From contig BQFW01000011.1 in NCBI GenBank assembly GCA_020891255.1, forward strand, positions 1,984,001 to 2,048,000: DNA of 64,000 nucleotides, in the 5' to 3' direction. The stretch comes from Entomortierella parvispora E1425. Its lineage: Eukaryota; Fungi; Mortierellomycota. This document shows, piece after piece, positions 11,625-23,982 of the stretch (positions within the stretch are counted from its first letter, which is position 1; each line of letters starts with the position of its first letter). A model generated the notes under the pieces. It was given only the letters and a program-made list of their open reading frames with translations. It made no database searches and was not told the DNA's origin. A program made the position numbers and the translations under genes.

Positions 11625-13996
11625 TCAGTACTTCAAGGTCAGGTTGACACTTCCGTCCAGCTGATTAAAGTCGTACTCGACCACGAGATCTAATTCGTCC
11701 GACATTTGTGCCACCATCGCGTCGTCCATCCGCACCACAATGTCCTTCTTGGTCTTGCGGTACACGTCCGAAATAGTCGAGGATTGAATCTCTAGTTTCT
11801 CAGACACTTTTTGGATCAGGTCTGCGAGCGTTTGCCGCTCCAGATACACGGCCCGATACACCGTCTCGCCCCCGATCTTGATGTACAAACACAACACGGG
11901 CTGCTTGCGCTTCCTGATCTGTGGCACATAGTTTGGATCCTTGTCCAACGTTTGTTCCATCATGGACGACATGGACGACTCATTGCCACCATATCCGCCA
12001 ACGGCGCCAAAATTTGAATCGACACCTCCTGCGCCACCTCTGCCGCCTGCCTCGTTCGTTCGACGCCTCTTCTTCGATGCAGGAACGAGTGCCTTGCTTC
12101 CGATATCTGTCGTAGAACTCGATGCCGAGTGAGCATTCGAATCGCCGGCGCCCAATCCAGAATCTGCATCGTCGTCGTCGTCTCCTTTGGCTCTATCCTG
12201 GGCGCCCCCCTCGGATTCAGATTCTAGCGCAAGGGTCTCGGACAAATCCAAGGTCTCGTCCTCTGCAGAGTACTCTTGGTGGTCATGACATTCCCAAAAG
12301 ACAGACACATGTTGGACAGGCGCCAGCACCTGAGAGAGTGGATTCGTGTCGGCGCTTTTGCCTCTCATTTTGTCCCACATCTTTTCCAGATGCTTATGAT
12401 CGTCCTTGTTCTTTCTCTCGGCACCCTAGAAAAGATGGGTTAGAGAGGATTGATTCAGATGTCGACAGAAGAAACAGGAGGAAGCAAATCCCTTTTCAAC
12501 CTGATTGAATGAAATACTCACCTTGTCTCTAAACAGTTTAATCTTGGCGTACGATCGTTCCAAGGTTTGTTCGTTCCCGCTGACCATGGTATCCATATGT
12601 ACGCGCAATGGAATTCCCTTGACTCCTTTGATACGCGAAAAGTCGGTCGAGAGACAGTTGAAGCGGACCATCAGCTTGGCGCCCGCCTTTCCATTCCACT
12701 TGAACGAAATCCTGTCAAAGGTCTTGGACTGCACCTCCATCATTCCACTTGATGACGCTTTTTCTGTTGAAAGGAGAAGATCAGAGACCAAAGGTCAGAA
12801 CGGAGCCTCCCGAAAGATCAGAATGAACAAATTCCCGGAGATTTCCACAGTAAAACACGAACCAATGTCCAGAGCACGAGCAGCCTTGGGATTGGGTGCC
12901 TGGCTCAACCAGAAGCTCCAGTATCGCGCAGCCAACTTTCGGTGAGCTTCCTCGTGAAAAGTCACCTTGATGACACTCTGGATCTCGCCATCATACTCGT
13001 CCAAGTCCTGCAGTGCCACTGTGTAGAACTGTCCCTTGTTGAGATAGGTGACAGGGGTCTCTCCCTGCCGCTGCATTGCCGCTGTTTGAGCCTCCAATGT
13101 CACCTTGAAACGAAGACTAGAAAACGAGGGAGGGTGTGTTAGTCCAATGATCATAGATCCGACCTAAAAGAAGGGTGTGTCGCGTCATCATCTCGGGTAT
13201 ATTTGTTCCTGTCTAAAACTACCAGGTAACTAAACCTGTACCTGGACTCACTCTCTGATCGCGGTGACGACGAGCCCTCGGCAGAGTGCGATACAGAACC
13301 GGAGGAACCGGAGGAACCGGGGGCTTGCTCAGTGGTTTCTTGCCTTCCAGTAGAACTTGCAACTGAGGCTCCAGAGTCAGCGCCCGTTCCTCCTTCACGC
13401 GTGGACGTGGAGTAGTCGTCCAAGGAAGGGCCTTTGGAGCCTTGCTGAACTTGCCTATGCTGCTGCTGATAACCGTTGTTGTTGTTGTTATTGCCGCCGC
13501 TACTACTGCCGTTGTAATTATTGTCATTCACGAGCTGCCTCTGCATGGATTGCTGCTGCTGATTGGATGAAGATTGTCCATGGTCTTGGCGATAATAATC
13601 GTCCCGTTGATGATACTGCTGCTGGTGCTGTTGGTTCTGCGGGTACTGGTGCTGCTGCTGCTGATAGTGCGGTTGCTGCTGATTAGGCGGTTGCTGATTG
13701 GTATGTGGCGGCTGCGGCTGGTTTGGATGCATGTAGCCCATTGGCTTTTGCTGCTGCTGCTGCTGAGATGGATACGGTTGCTGCAGCTGTCTACCTTGGT
13801 GATGAGGATAGTCACCTTGTTGATAGTAGTACGGCTGCTGCTCCTGTTGCTGCTGTTGCTGCTGCTGCTGCTGCTGCGGGTGATGGCGGAGCTGTGTGGA
13901 CTGATCGTCCTGCTGACGCGGATGGTGGTGGTGCTGCTGCTGTTGCTGCTGCTGGTGGTGGTGAGGTTGTTGGTTGTGGTCAAAGGACGGGTCCAT
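11625..13996 (-). CDS. Grainyhead/CP2-family transcription factor with Q-rich N-terminus, 4 exons
   Basis: PVTYLNKGQFY, FNCLSTDFSRIKGVKGIPLR, AKIKLFRDK|GAERKNKDD are CP2 DNA-binding-domain motifs; C-terminal LCLYIK..YRAVYLER..L..K segment. Confidence 0.92.
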
Positions 13997-14439
13997 GGGG
14001 GGGGTTGTGGACAGGACAGGGAGAGCGGAAGGAGCAGAACGAGCAGAGAGAAAGGAAAGAAGGAAGGAAAGAAGGAAGGAAGGAAGGTGATCAACGCGCG
14101 GTCAGAAAAGAACGAGGAATGGCGGATGCAGAGCGAGACGAAGGAGTCGGGTCCGAGTCTCGTGTGGAGGAGAGAGAGAGAGAGAGAGACGGGTGGAGGG
14201 GGAGGGGGGAGGAAAACAGAGCGACAGAAAACGGGTTTGCAGGCACACTCTGCGTGTGTTTTCTGTGGGTGTGTTTGGGTGCAATCTAATTCTCACACAC
14301 GTACAGAACACCCGGGAGAAGTAGAGTAGAGTTGCCCTGTCGTACGTGCCTTTCTTCCTGTCCGCTTCACTGATTTCATCACTGCCACCGCACCCTTTCT
14401 GTCTCTCTGTCTCTTCTCTCTCGTCGGTGATGCCTCTCT

Positions 14440-14479
14440 CTTTCTGTCTGTCTCTCTCTCCCTCTCTCTCTCCCCCCCC

Positions 14480-14511
<32 letters not shown>

Positions 14512-14532
14512 GTCTGTCTGTCTGTCTCTCTC
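14440..14532. repeat. Compound (CT)n/(CTGT)n microsatellite in the divergent intergenic region
   Basis: Long ctct and tctg runs read directly. Confidence 0.85.
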
Positions 14533-14869
14533 TCTCGCCCGTGGTCGAAACTTGCTTCAAAAGCCGCCTCGTCTTCAGCAGGGTCCAAACATCTTGCTGA
14601 AAGAGATACCCCATCAATGTGAGCCTCGCTCTCTCTCCTTCTCTCTTTCTCTCTTTCTTTCTATTCTCACACATATTGCTTTCTTTTCCCTCCGTCCCTC
14701 TTTTCCCTCAGTCTCTCTTCACTCCAACCCAATCCATCCCCGTCATCGCTCTGTCTCGTTTCCCATATTCCTCTTCAGTTTGATCCACCCTCTTGCTAGC
14801 GTCCTCTTCTCCACTCCGTCACTCTTCAGATAACTGTAGTGGCTGGCACCACTCTGACTTTTCTCCTCC

Positions 14870-17406
14870 ATGGGCACATCAACACCTGCTCACCCTCAGT
14901 CCTCACAACCCCTTATCCAAATCCTCCGCCCGTCCTCCACCTCTCCAACCACCGCTCACCATGGCTCTGGGTCTAGTCCGACAAACTCTGACAGCAGTGA
15001 TCTTACCACTTGCGGCAACCAAAAAGACATCAGGATAAAGTCATCGTTAAGAGGATGCGGCTTTATCTACTCCTTGATTGACACAAGCTTCAACCGTGTT
15101 ACTGCATGGCTGTTCCCCAACGAGCCTGAACCCCTGGATCTGCAATCGACCTTGTTTTTTGTCGCTCAAGCGCCGTTCATTGGTCTTGTCTTTCTTTCTT
15201 GGCTGCCCAACATTGCTTCGTGGCTACTGGGCCTTCGTACCAGCGAGGCCGGAGGCCCAGGCCCTGCTCGAGGCATGCGCAAGTAAGGCCTGGTGTAGTT
15301 GTAGCAAATTAGTGTCTGTGGCCTGCAGCAGTGTGGGCTGATCTTCGCCCGTTGCTTGATTGGAATGGTCCCTCACGTGCAAATGATCCTTCCTCTGATT
15401 TTAACCTCTTTTCTCCGTGTTGCCACCAATTTTTTTCTTTTCTTTGGAAATCAGGGACTGGACGCTTCGAATGGCCATGTCATTGTCGTTCCTTCAATAT
15501 TATCTGCGCTTTGCCGAGAATATTTCGATCGAGGACTGTCAGACGAGGTCCAGGTCCATCCCGTTCATGACTGCACCGGCCGGGATCCGAATCCACAAGG
15601 TCAAAGTTCCTGCATTTCCTTGGAGATCGAAAGCAGAGGCTATCCTCGACCTCAATCTCACCAATAGCGACAAGGCCCTGCTGAAAAGGCCGTCCACACC
15701 CCACCCCGCATCCTCAGAGGACATGCGGAATATTCAGGAAACCGGAGAGGAGCAGGATGGAACTCAATACGACCTTAAACGGGACAGCTGCACAGATCAG
15801 TTTGCGGAGGGTCTGGACGCCGAATGGTTGGAATACACCGGACCTGATCCTGCTTCAGACCAGGAGTCATACACGATAGACAACGTCGCCATAGTGTGTT
15901 ACTTCCATGGTGGTGGTTACTACACTGGTTCCAAGGAGGAACATCGTGTGTTGATTGGTCCCCTTGTGAAGAGCCTCGGAAAACATGTCCGCATCTTGAC
16001 TCTCAACTATCGACTGGCGCCTCAACACGAATTTCCTGCCGCCTTGGTCGACGCACTCTCTTGTTACCTATGGCTGTTGGAACAACCCGTCTCAGACTTC
16101 TTTCCTCTGGACAACGCTGGAGAGGCGAGCGCTTGCCTCCAACCAAGTCAAATTGTTTTCATGGGAGACTCTGCGGGCGGAGGATTGGCGCTCAGTCTCA
16201 GCTTGTTGATTCGTGATCATGGAATGCTTCCACAACCAAAGTCGATTGTCACTTGGTCGCCATGGCTGGATCTGACACAAGCACTGCCTTCCTTCAAAGA
16301 CAATGCGTCCACGGATTGCATTCCCTACGAGGACTTTGTTCATCGACACTCTCCCGCGGTAGATGTGATGTTTAAGGATCCTGAATTTGATACCCGCCCT
16401 CGACAACGAGCACAGGTCTATTGCCCCGACTCTTGCCTCAAGATGAAATATGTCAGTCCTTTATTCGAAACGAACTTCAAGGGAATACCTGAAGTGCTCA
16501 TTGTAAGCAAACCCGTTCAGCTGTTGTCAGGGACTATTGCATGTTCAGTATTGGTCGACTAACTCGGAGCCCCCTATCTTGCAGGTCTGTGGATCGGCCG
16601 AACGATTTGCCAACGAGTGTGTACTCATGGCAGCGCGCCTTGAGCAGCAACAACAGCCTTGCCGAATTGACATCCATGAAGACATGCCCCATATTTTTCC
16701 ACTTTTCCGGTTCCACCCTAGTCCTACAGTTGCGGTTGCGAGGACGGCCAGCTACATTCGAGCTGCACTTGGTCTTGAATTTAGGAAGAATGATGTCGTT
16801 ATACCCATTGCCAGCACTCCAACGCTATCAACCTCGTCGTCCCAAGCTTCGTCTTTGACTACATCCCCTTCGCATGTCATCCGTCTTTTCGAGTCGACGC
16901 TGCTGGCTGCAACTTCTCGATTCACATCGAGCTTATACTCGCCGGTGCCGACAGGAGATTTTGGTCGGGATACCAACGGCGATCGACCTGCCATTCTCCG
17001 TGTCAACTCTTCGTCGTCTGTTTCCTCTGATCAGTCGGATGATTCGAGCGCGGCATTCTCTTCGACAGAGGAAAAGGGATCTCGCTCTTCTGGAACGAGG
17101 CAGCAGACATTTGATCCGCAGGACAAAAGCCAGTACCGGTGCAAGGTCACAGTGATTGACTTGTCAGGCGACAGTGTTCTGAGCTTCCATAAACAAAGGC
17201 GGACGGGCACAGTGAGAGCATCAGAGATGGATCGACCAGAGAGTCCTTCTCTTCGACAACGTCGTCGTCATGGTCGAGATCGCTCTTTGCGGCATCAAGA
17301 ACTGTCTATCCAAGACTTGGCCTCGGACGAGACTTTGAAAGAATGGGAAACCATGCTTCACCGAGGATATATACCCACGCGCATTTGGCCTTCACCTCCC
17401 TTATAG
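14870..17406 (+). CDS. Alpha/beta hydrolase, HSL/abhydrolase_3 family esterase, 3 exons
   Basis: YFHGGGY oxyanion motif, NYRLAPQHEFPAALVD, GDSAGGGL nucleophile elbow, HEDMPHIF catalytic His; start at 14870 less certain. Confidence 0.88.
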
Positions 17407-17554
17407 CCGTTCACACAATAGAAACCTCTTCTTTTTTTTTCGCACCTATGAACCTATCAATCATATGAAAACAAAACTGCTGCAACCAAAAGGGAGGAAA
17501 AAACCATGTAGGGGATGTGCAAAAGAAGATATTTTTTTATTGAGAAAAAAAAAC

Positions 17555-18090
17555 TTAAGCACGCTCCTTGCGCTCGCCACGGGGCTTGCGGGGCTCAAAG
17601 ACGTTCTGCTTGACCTCGGTGGCGGTGACACCCTCCAAGGCCTCAAAGTTCAAAGACTTGAGCAAGTTCTGGGTCTCGGTATCGATCTCAATAGCCGAGG
17701 TATCCAAAGCAGAGAACTCGGGGATATAGTTGTCCTTGCGCTCGCGCTCCTCCTCCTGCAACTTGAAGGAGATGCCACGGACGGGACCACGCTGGATACG
17801 CTTCATCAAATGGGTGGTGAAACCAGCAATCTTGTTGCGGAGACGCTTGGAGGGGATGATGGCGACCTCGGAAGCAATCTTCTTGTTGGTCTGGAAATCC
17901 AAAGTCAAACGAGGGTAGTACTTCTCGATGAGGACCTTGGAGGCTCTCTTGACAGTCTTGGTACGAACGCGACCCTGTTTGTTTGAAAAGGATACGAGAA
18001 AACCAAGTGGATCATATTGTTAGGAAGAGACATCACCAAAGAGTTGAAAAGAAGGGCATGGGGAAGTGAGGAAGGTTGCCCGCACACCAT
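17555..18090 (-). CDS. RPS17: 40S ribosomal protein S17 (eS17), 2 exons
   Basis: ATG at 18090, intron 18087-17975, then [73 protein letters not shown]. Confidence 0.98.
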
Positions 18091-18897
18091 TCTCGTTGCT
18101 CTTTTCACAGGTTCTGTCCATCAAATGGATCGCATGTTCCAGAGAAACAAAGAAACGATCCAATCGATGGCAGTCTGCTCCTTATTTTATCGTCCCAAAA
18201 GATAGATCATATCCTCGTCTCTCCCTTCGATTGAATCCAACGTCTCCTCCTTCACAATTCATTGCTGAAGTGATGATACAAAGTCCCAAAACACTAATCT
18301 TTTGGTTCAAAATCAAGATCGTGATTCCCTGGAGAAAGAAATCAGTCTGATGAAAATAAAACCTCCAGCAGCGAAAGGTTCAATGTGGTAGGAAGAGATG
18401 GGCTGAAAAGACAAAGATGGGCGAGGTTGGGTGGGCTGATCGAATCGGATGGAATGAAAATAATGAAGGGAGGAAAAGAGCGAGAAGGTGGGGTATGGTC
18501 GTATGATCAACTCTCGAGGGCTTTGCTAGGGGATACATCGAGAAGCACCGATGGATGGATGGATTGATAGCCGACAAGGGGATGGATACATATCCTCCGC
18601 CCTTGCACGGGTCAAGAGCCAAGTCTCCGGGGGTGAATTCAAGACGAGATCCTCCGACATGGGTCCAGGAGAGAGTGAACAGTCGTCCAGACAAAGGCGT
18701 GCTTCCTCAGTTCGTATAATAAACTGCTGTCTCATAAAGATCTGTCAAGGTTGACATCTCTTGATGACTTGCCATTGTGATTGATTCTCGTTGGTGGGGA
18801 TGTGGGAAAGGAGGAGAGATCAAACAATCAAGGCCCGCGGCCCTGAAATTCAGCTGGCAATTAAGGGTTTGAACTTCGGAATTTTAGTTTATTTTTT

Positions 18898-18925
18898 CGA
18901 AAAATATATACGTAGCCACAGGAAG
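18898..18925 (+). repeat. Left terminal inverted repeat of the MULE
   Basis: CGAAAAATATATACGTAGCCACAGGAAG, exact reverse complement of 23923-23950. Confidence 0.92.
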
Positions 18926-20072
18926 GAGGATACTTCTTCACCCCCCAAAAGTGGCGTTTAGGCCCGGGAGGGACTTCGTCACGTGGAGTATATGGCCTTG
19001 CACTTATAGAATTGCAAGGATATAACGATAATGGTAGGATATAACGTACTCTCACGTGATATCTACACGTGACAACATACGTCATTTAGTCACGTGGATT
19101 TATATTGTCTGCCCAAATAGGAAGGAGTCTCGATCACCCCACAAAGTATAGGGAGACATGTCCGAAAAACAACATCGTTCTATGTGAAGTCATTCAAATC
19201 GTATCAGAATGCCATGATTGTTAGCAATATCGATAGATATGATAAAAATACACCTCTCAAGTGATCGCGAGCAGTTTTGAACAAGTTTGAGAGCGTGTTC
19301 ATCTTCGTTGTGCTTATTTTGACTGAAAATGACGAGGGTGTTCGCTATGTTTTGGCTAGTTACCATTGTATATTCAATTACAACACCACTTTCTTCCACA
19401 TACATCCAAAACTTTCAGAATCCATGCCCTTTCCAATGTACATACTGTGAATGCGCTTTATTCGGTCAACACGCCTCGAAAAAAAGAACTTCACTTAGGA
19501 GCAAAGTGATCGACTTGGAAAAAAAATAGAATTTTGATGCATCTGAGGACATTTGTCTCGACTTTCCATGGTCAGAATTGCAACAATTGGGCTGAAAGCA
19601 CTTTCCTGAGGTGGCCACACATTGTACGAAGAACGTAGTATCGTTTTCCTGCCAAAGAACGATTCCTCTAGAGGGCAATTGGATGAGTCATTCAAAGTAA
19701 AATGAACTTCTGACTACAATTTTACAGTAGTAATGCCTCAGCATGATGACAAGCTCTTGGCTGTTTTCCAAAGAAGTACTATTCATAGGCAGGTGTCGCG
19801 ATATACATGTTATTAAAAGTTGGAAGAGGTTTGGCTTCCGGATTCAGAGCTATCATGGTTCCTGAGATAGAGATATTGCTGCCATTTTATTTGTTTTTTT
19901 AAAAAAAAGAGCTCCCAGAAGGAGTATTTCCTCAGGAAACCCTGGGCCATAGGAACAGCAACCGAGATTGCATCAGAACTTGCGAAAGAACACTGCCAAA
20001 TCATATGGTTGAACTATGATCGATCATGTCGCATCGAAGATAGAGTGGGCTGTGTGTTTATTACATTATTAT

Positions 20073-22946
20073 TTAGAAGACTTGTCTACGTTTGTGTACG
20101 GCATTGAAGTGTAGAGGAGCTCTATTAACCATCTGACCAATACACAACGTTGTCTGTTGCAAAATGGAGGTGATGTCCTCCATCTCCTTGTCATCTTTGC
20201 TTTGCACGAGGCTAGATAGGATGTTGATCTGCTCTAGAGCTTTAAGCCTCCACTTCGCGGCCTCTCGTTGCAGATGCCTCCGTTCTTCATCTTCGTCGTC
20301 CCCTGTTACTATTGATTCTATCCCTCCCAAAACGACAGCAGCCGTTTCTTCTCCAGGCTCAATGCCAGCCAATAGCTTGTCCTTAGTGTCCTTTGACTCT
20401 GGAAGCACAATAGTTGTCATGGACCCATGAAAGTTGTTGTCAACTGGTAGTTGAATGTTTGGAAACATGAGGGTAGCAGCAATGATATGTTTGCAAGGCT
20501 GAAGACGGCGCTTGAAGTCAGGGCACTCACAGGCCCGAATTGTGGGTGGATATGTCGTATGAATTGCAGTGATCTCGTACTCACTCCCATCAGACTTATC
20601 AAACGAGGTAATCCAGAGACGGTTCGAAAGGGTGTCATGTCGGAAGAGCTGGAGCCTTTGTTGAGCGGTCAAGTTCCTGAAACGACGCTGCACAGAAATC
20701 AATCGATCCTGATATTCTTTTGTATTTTTTGATTGCCGTCCGAGGTTCAACGTAGCTGTGTTGATAATACTCTGGAAGTATTCGACGACAGCACCAGAGA
20801 GTACATTGATCACAGTGTCAAGCCGGGGACTCTTGTTGTCTCGCAGGAACTTCGATTTCAGTTGACTGTGCCAGCTCTCCACATAGTTGTTGGTGTTGAT
20901 GTCGGCCCAATATACATCACTCCGGTATGCGCGCATCCACTGTTCTCGCTTCTCCAGAGTAAAGCTGGTAGTGTCAAGGTATTCGAGGACTTCCGTGTAA
21001 GCACTGTCTAGCGTTAGAGCCTGGCGAAGGCTTTGCTGGAGTAGAGAGGCCTGGTCGGGATCTTGAGTGTACATCATACGGCGCAACATCTTGAAGATCA
21101 CCTCGCGGGATTTGTCATACTGACGCTTTAGTTGTGCCTTCTCGTCTTTGTTCTTGCCGGTCATATCTGGATGGATCTTGCCAGGGAGAGCTCGAGCCCA
21201 TGCGCGCTGAACGTGCCAGAGGCAGAGCTGAATCTTGACATCATCGAAGGCATAGTTGATGGCATTCTTCTCGATGTAGCTGTCGTCAACCACAATTGTT
21301 TTCACAATGCAATACGGCTTGTTTGACCCTTCTTGAACCATGAGTTGGCACCGCACATGACTCAGCCAAAGGCTAAGAGCCGAAGCTGACATATCACTCG
21401 TAAGAAAAAAAGCTACTGGTATTCCTTTTCCAGAGGAGTGCGCAACCACAATTGTGTAAAGTTGCGTGTTGTCATGACGGGTTGTTCCATGGGTGGCATC
21501 AATGCTAAAGCCAGCGCCGAATTGTTGCAGCATCTTCCGCTGCCAAGGGGATATAAATCCAAATCCAAACCGTTCCTTGGGACCAGTCTTGGCAGTTGGC
21601 GGTTCAATTGGCTGTTTATCGGGTGCAACGGATTCAATAAAAGCAGCCAATCGACCCTGCTCGAGATTTAGGCCGACAGCCATTTTCTCAATGAGTGCAA
21701 AAGCCACTCTGTCTGATGTAGGAGTGGGATTCTTACCACGGGCAGGTTTCCGAGGAGCGTCTCGTTTCATTCGACCATTATCCACCAAGATATCCTTTCC
21801 CCCAAAACTGCTGGAAGAAGACCAAGCACCATCAGGTGCCTCATCGTATTCAAACACGGAGAACCCCTGTTCTCGCAATTTCGTTCCCCACAGACGCATA
21901 GATATTCTCTCATCTTGGTCAAGCTGAGAAGTAATCCGTTGGCGACGAATGTCTATATTATAGATGTCTTCCTTCGTGATGGCCCTATCTCTAGCACACT
22001 GAATATCGAATTGCGACTTGTCCTCCGGCGGCGCTTTCGAAAGCTTTTCATAGATGAACCGACGAGAGTGTCCTGCATCGAGCATCCTCTCAACCTGTTC
22101 CCTTCGCCATTTGGACAGGCGACAATGCCTGATATTCTCGATGGAATTCGTTTGGTGCCCTGTATGGTACGGTCTGTATGTAACAACGGCCTCTTCTGAG
22201 TTCTTGTAATACTTGACGAGAACGTATGACTTACAGCCAACCTTGCCACTGATCTTTTGACGCGGACGCTTCTTGAGTACATTCTCTGGAAAATCATCTT
22301 GGGTGGGGTCCTCTTTAAGGCTGCAGTCGCTGTCTGTACTAGAGTTGTCGTCTTCTGCTTTAACCTTGGTAGCCGAGCTGCCCTGTCGCCGGCGCTTCTT
22401 AGGGGTACCAGCGTGCTGGCAGAAGTATCTGACGGAGCATTCGAGGGAGGACTTCGTACTCTTCGACTTCCTCTCCTCCTTCTTCAGGTATTTGGTTGAA
22501 GCAAGACGCCCCTGTTCAAACAGCCAGGGAATGACCATCGATTTGTCCATGCGCTTTTCGATTAGTCGGTTGTGATTAGGATGCCGCGGAAGGAGGCCCC
22601 CGAAAACCTTGGTCCACAAAGGAACAGGAGCTTCCTGGTCGTTCGGGGGTTCGACGGGTATCTCCAAGTTCTCAGTAACTTCCGATGAAGACACTGAGGC
22701 CGGGTATTCGACATCCTGAGCAGCCTCCTGGATATCCTCATCCTCATTGTCGCTGGAGTCCGAGGATTTATCTGAGAAGAAGCAGACTTCAAATGCAGGG
22801 TCTTCAACGACTGATGGGGTGACAGGGCAATCCTGTGGGGCCACATAGGTCTAACAGGAAGACAAAAGTGTGTCGATATCATTAGTATCCACATATCTCA
22901 ATTAGCCTACTGCGAGACATGCCATGCCATACCATACCTCTTCCAT
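20073..22946 (-). CDS. MULE transposase (about 928 aa) with WRKY/GCM1-like zinc finger, DDE core and SWIM finger; 2 exons
   Basis: ATG GAA GAG|GTATGG intron 22937-22851 joins in frame to the 923-aa ORF. Motifs: YFCQHAG..KVGCKSYV..HTGH; FSIDATH (D); IVVDDS..CLWHVQRAW (D, CxxH); NTNNYVESWHSQLK (E); CECPDF..PCKH (SWIM). Confidence 0.93.
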
Positions 22947-23290
22947 GTTGCAGGACTATATCGCGTAAGGGCCTCGTGTTGCCTGGTGAATGGAACGTGT
23001 TAATTCAGGTTGCATTTCTTCTCTAATTCTTTTTGTTGATCCGTCCTTCAATAGAGCTACAGCCTACCTGGCAACGCTACTGTTGTCTGGGGTATGAGGG
23101 GAGGGTGAGGGGAGGGTAAGGGAAGAAGCAAAGGTGTTGTGAGGGACGGTCAGGAACGTTTGTTTTTGTGCATTGTGATGACGTGCTGATTTTGTGCACT
23201 AAGGGAGAACTCAGGTCAATGCACGTGATGGCACGTGGTGGCACGTGATATTTGGTGGCAATGTTTTTATGGGGGGCACATAAGGTAAAT

Positions 23291-23932
23291 CCACAGGAAG
23301 TCTGTCCGTCGCCACATCACACAAATGGTGGCTTAGCTGAAGTAATGTTTTCATTTGACCATCTCGTCTCGCTGGACACATGGCAACCCTGATGAACCAC
23401 TTTGCTCATTGAACTATCGAAACTAAGGAGATCCATTCACCAACCATCTGTCCATCTATGACAAGCTACTACTCTATGCATCTACTGCACGGAAGCGTTT
23501 GACATGCACCCCCCGCATTCGGCTGCCAGCCTCAGGGTCAACCGTTCTCTTGCGACGAACTAAGCGCTCCTCGTCGTTTGCTTCGACATCGTTAGCTTCC
23601 ATAAGTTGCGCAAGTTGCTCCTCTGCTTGCTTCTTCTTCTCTCTGAGAGCACAAAGTTCCTTTTCCTGCTCCTTCTTTTCTTGGAGTATACGAAGCTTTT
23701 CTTCCTCGTCCCTAACTTCTCGGAGGTGGGCAAGGCAGTAGATGCATAGAGTAGTAGCTTGTCATAGATGGACAGATGGTTGGTGAATGGATCTCCTTAG
23801 TTTCGATAGTTCAATGAGCAAAGTGGTTCATCAGGGTTGCCATGTGTCCAGCGAGACGAGATGGTCAAATGAAAACATTACTTCAGCTAAGCCACCATTT
23901 GTGTGATGTGGCGACGGACAGACTTCCTGTGG
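23291..23932. repeat. Perfect 198-bp inverted repeat (23291-23488 / 23735-23932) with a 246-bp spacer
   Basis: Arms compared base by base: no mismatch and no indel (end coordinates sum to 47223 at both ends). Confidence 0.97.
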
Positions 23933-23950
23933 CTACGTATATATTTTTCG
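23923..23950 (-). repeat. Right terminal inverted repeat of the MULE
   Basis: CTTCCTGTGGCTACGTATATATTTTTCG. Confidence 0.92.
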
Positions 23951-23982
23951 TATTTTTTTTGGCTTCCGTCTGGACCTATTCT

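Larger units (their letters stand above)
18898..23950 (-). mobile_element. Mutator-like DNA transposon (MULE), apparently complete, 5053 bp
   Basis: Perfect 28-bp terminal inverted repeats (18898-18925 / 23923-23950), TATTTTTT directly flanking both ends (18890-18897, 23951-23958), internal intact MULE transposase. Confidence 0.9.

Noticed and set aside
13219-14329. Long plus-strand ORFs (poly-Leu/Ala/Ser) over the Grainyhead exon
   Set aside because: They are antisense or alternate-frame shadows of CAG/CAA repeats.
17465-17986. 173-aa plus-strand ORF
   Set aside because: Antisense shadow of RPS17, typical of strongly biased codon usage; the same applies to 24537-25259 over GlyRS and 48776-49537 over PSD2.
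18260-18800. Possible structured ncRNA (C/D-box-like GTGATGA..CTGA; RNase MRP-like AAGTCTCCGG) upstream of RPS17
   Set aside because: There is no terminal stem, no recognisable guide and no matching 3' P4 strand; an Infernal/Rfam scan would be needed.
19100-20070. A second gene (mudrB-like) in the left part of the transposon
   Set aside because: Only short ORFs under 75 aa with no recognisable motifs; treated as 3' UTR or decayed sequence.
23089-23122. Six G-tracts (G-quadruplex potential) upstream of the transposase
   Set aside because: The motif is real, but similar G-rich purine runs are common in intergenic DNA throughout this window, so it is not distinctive.
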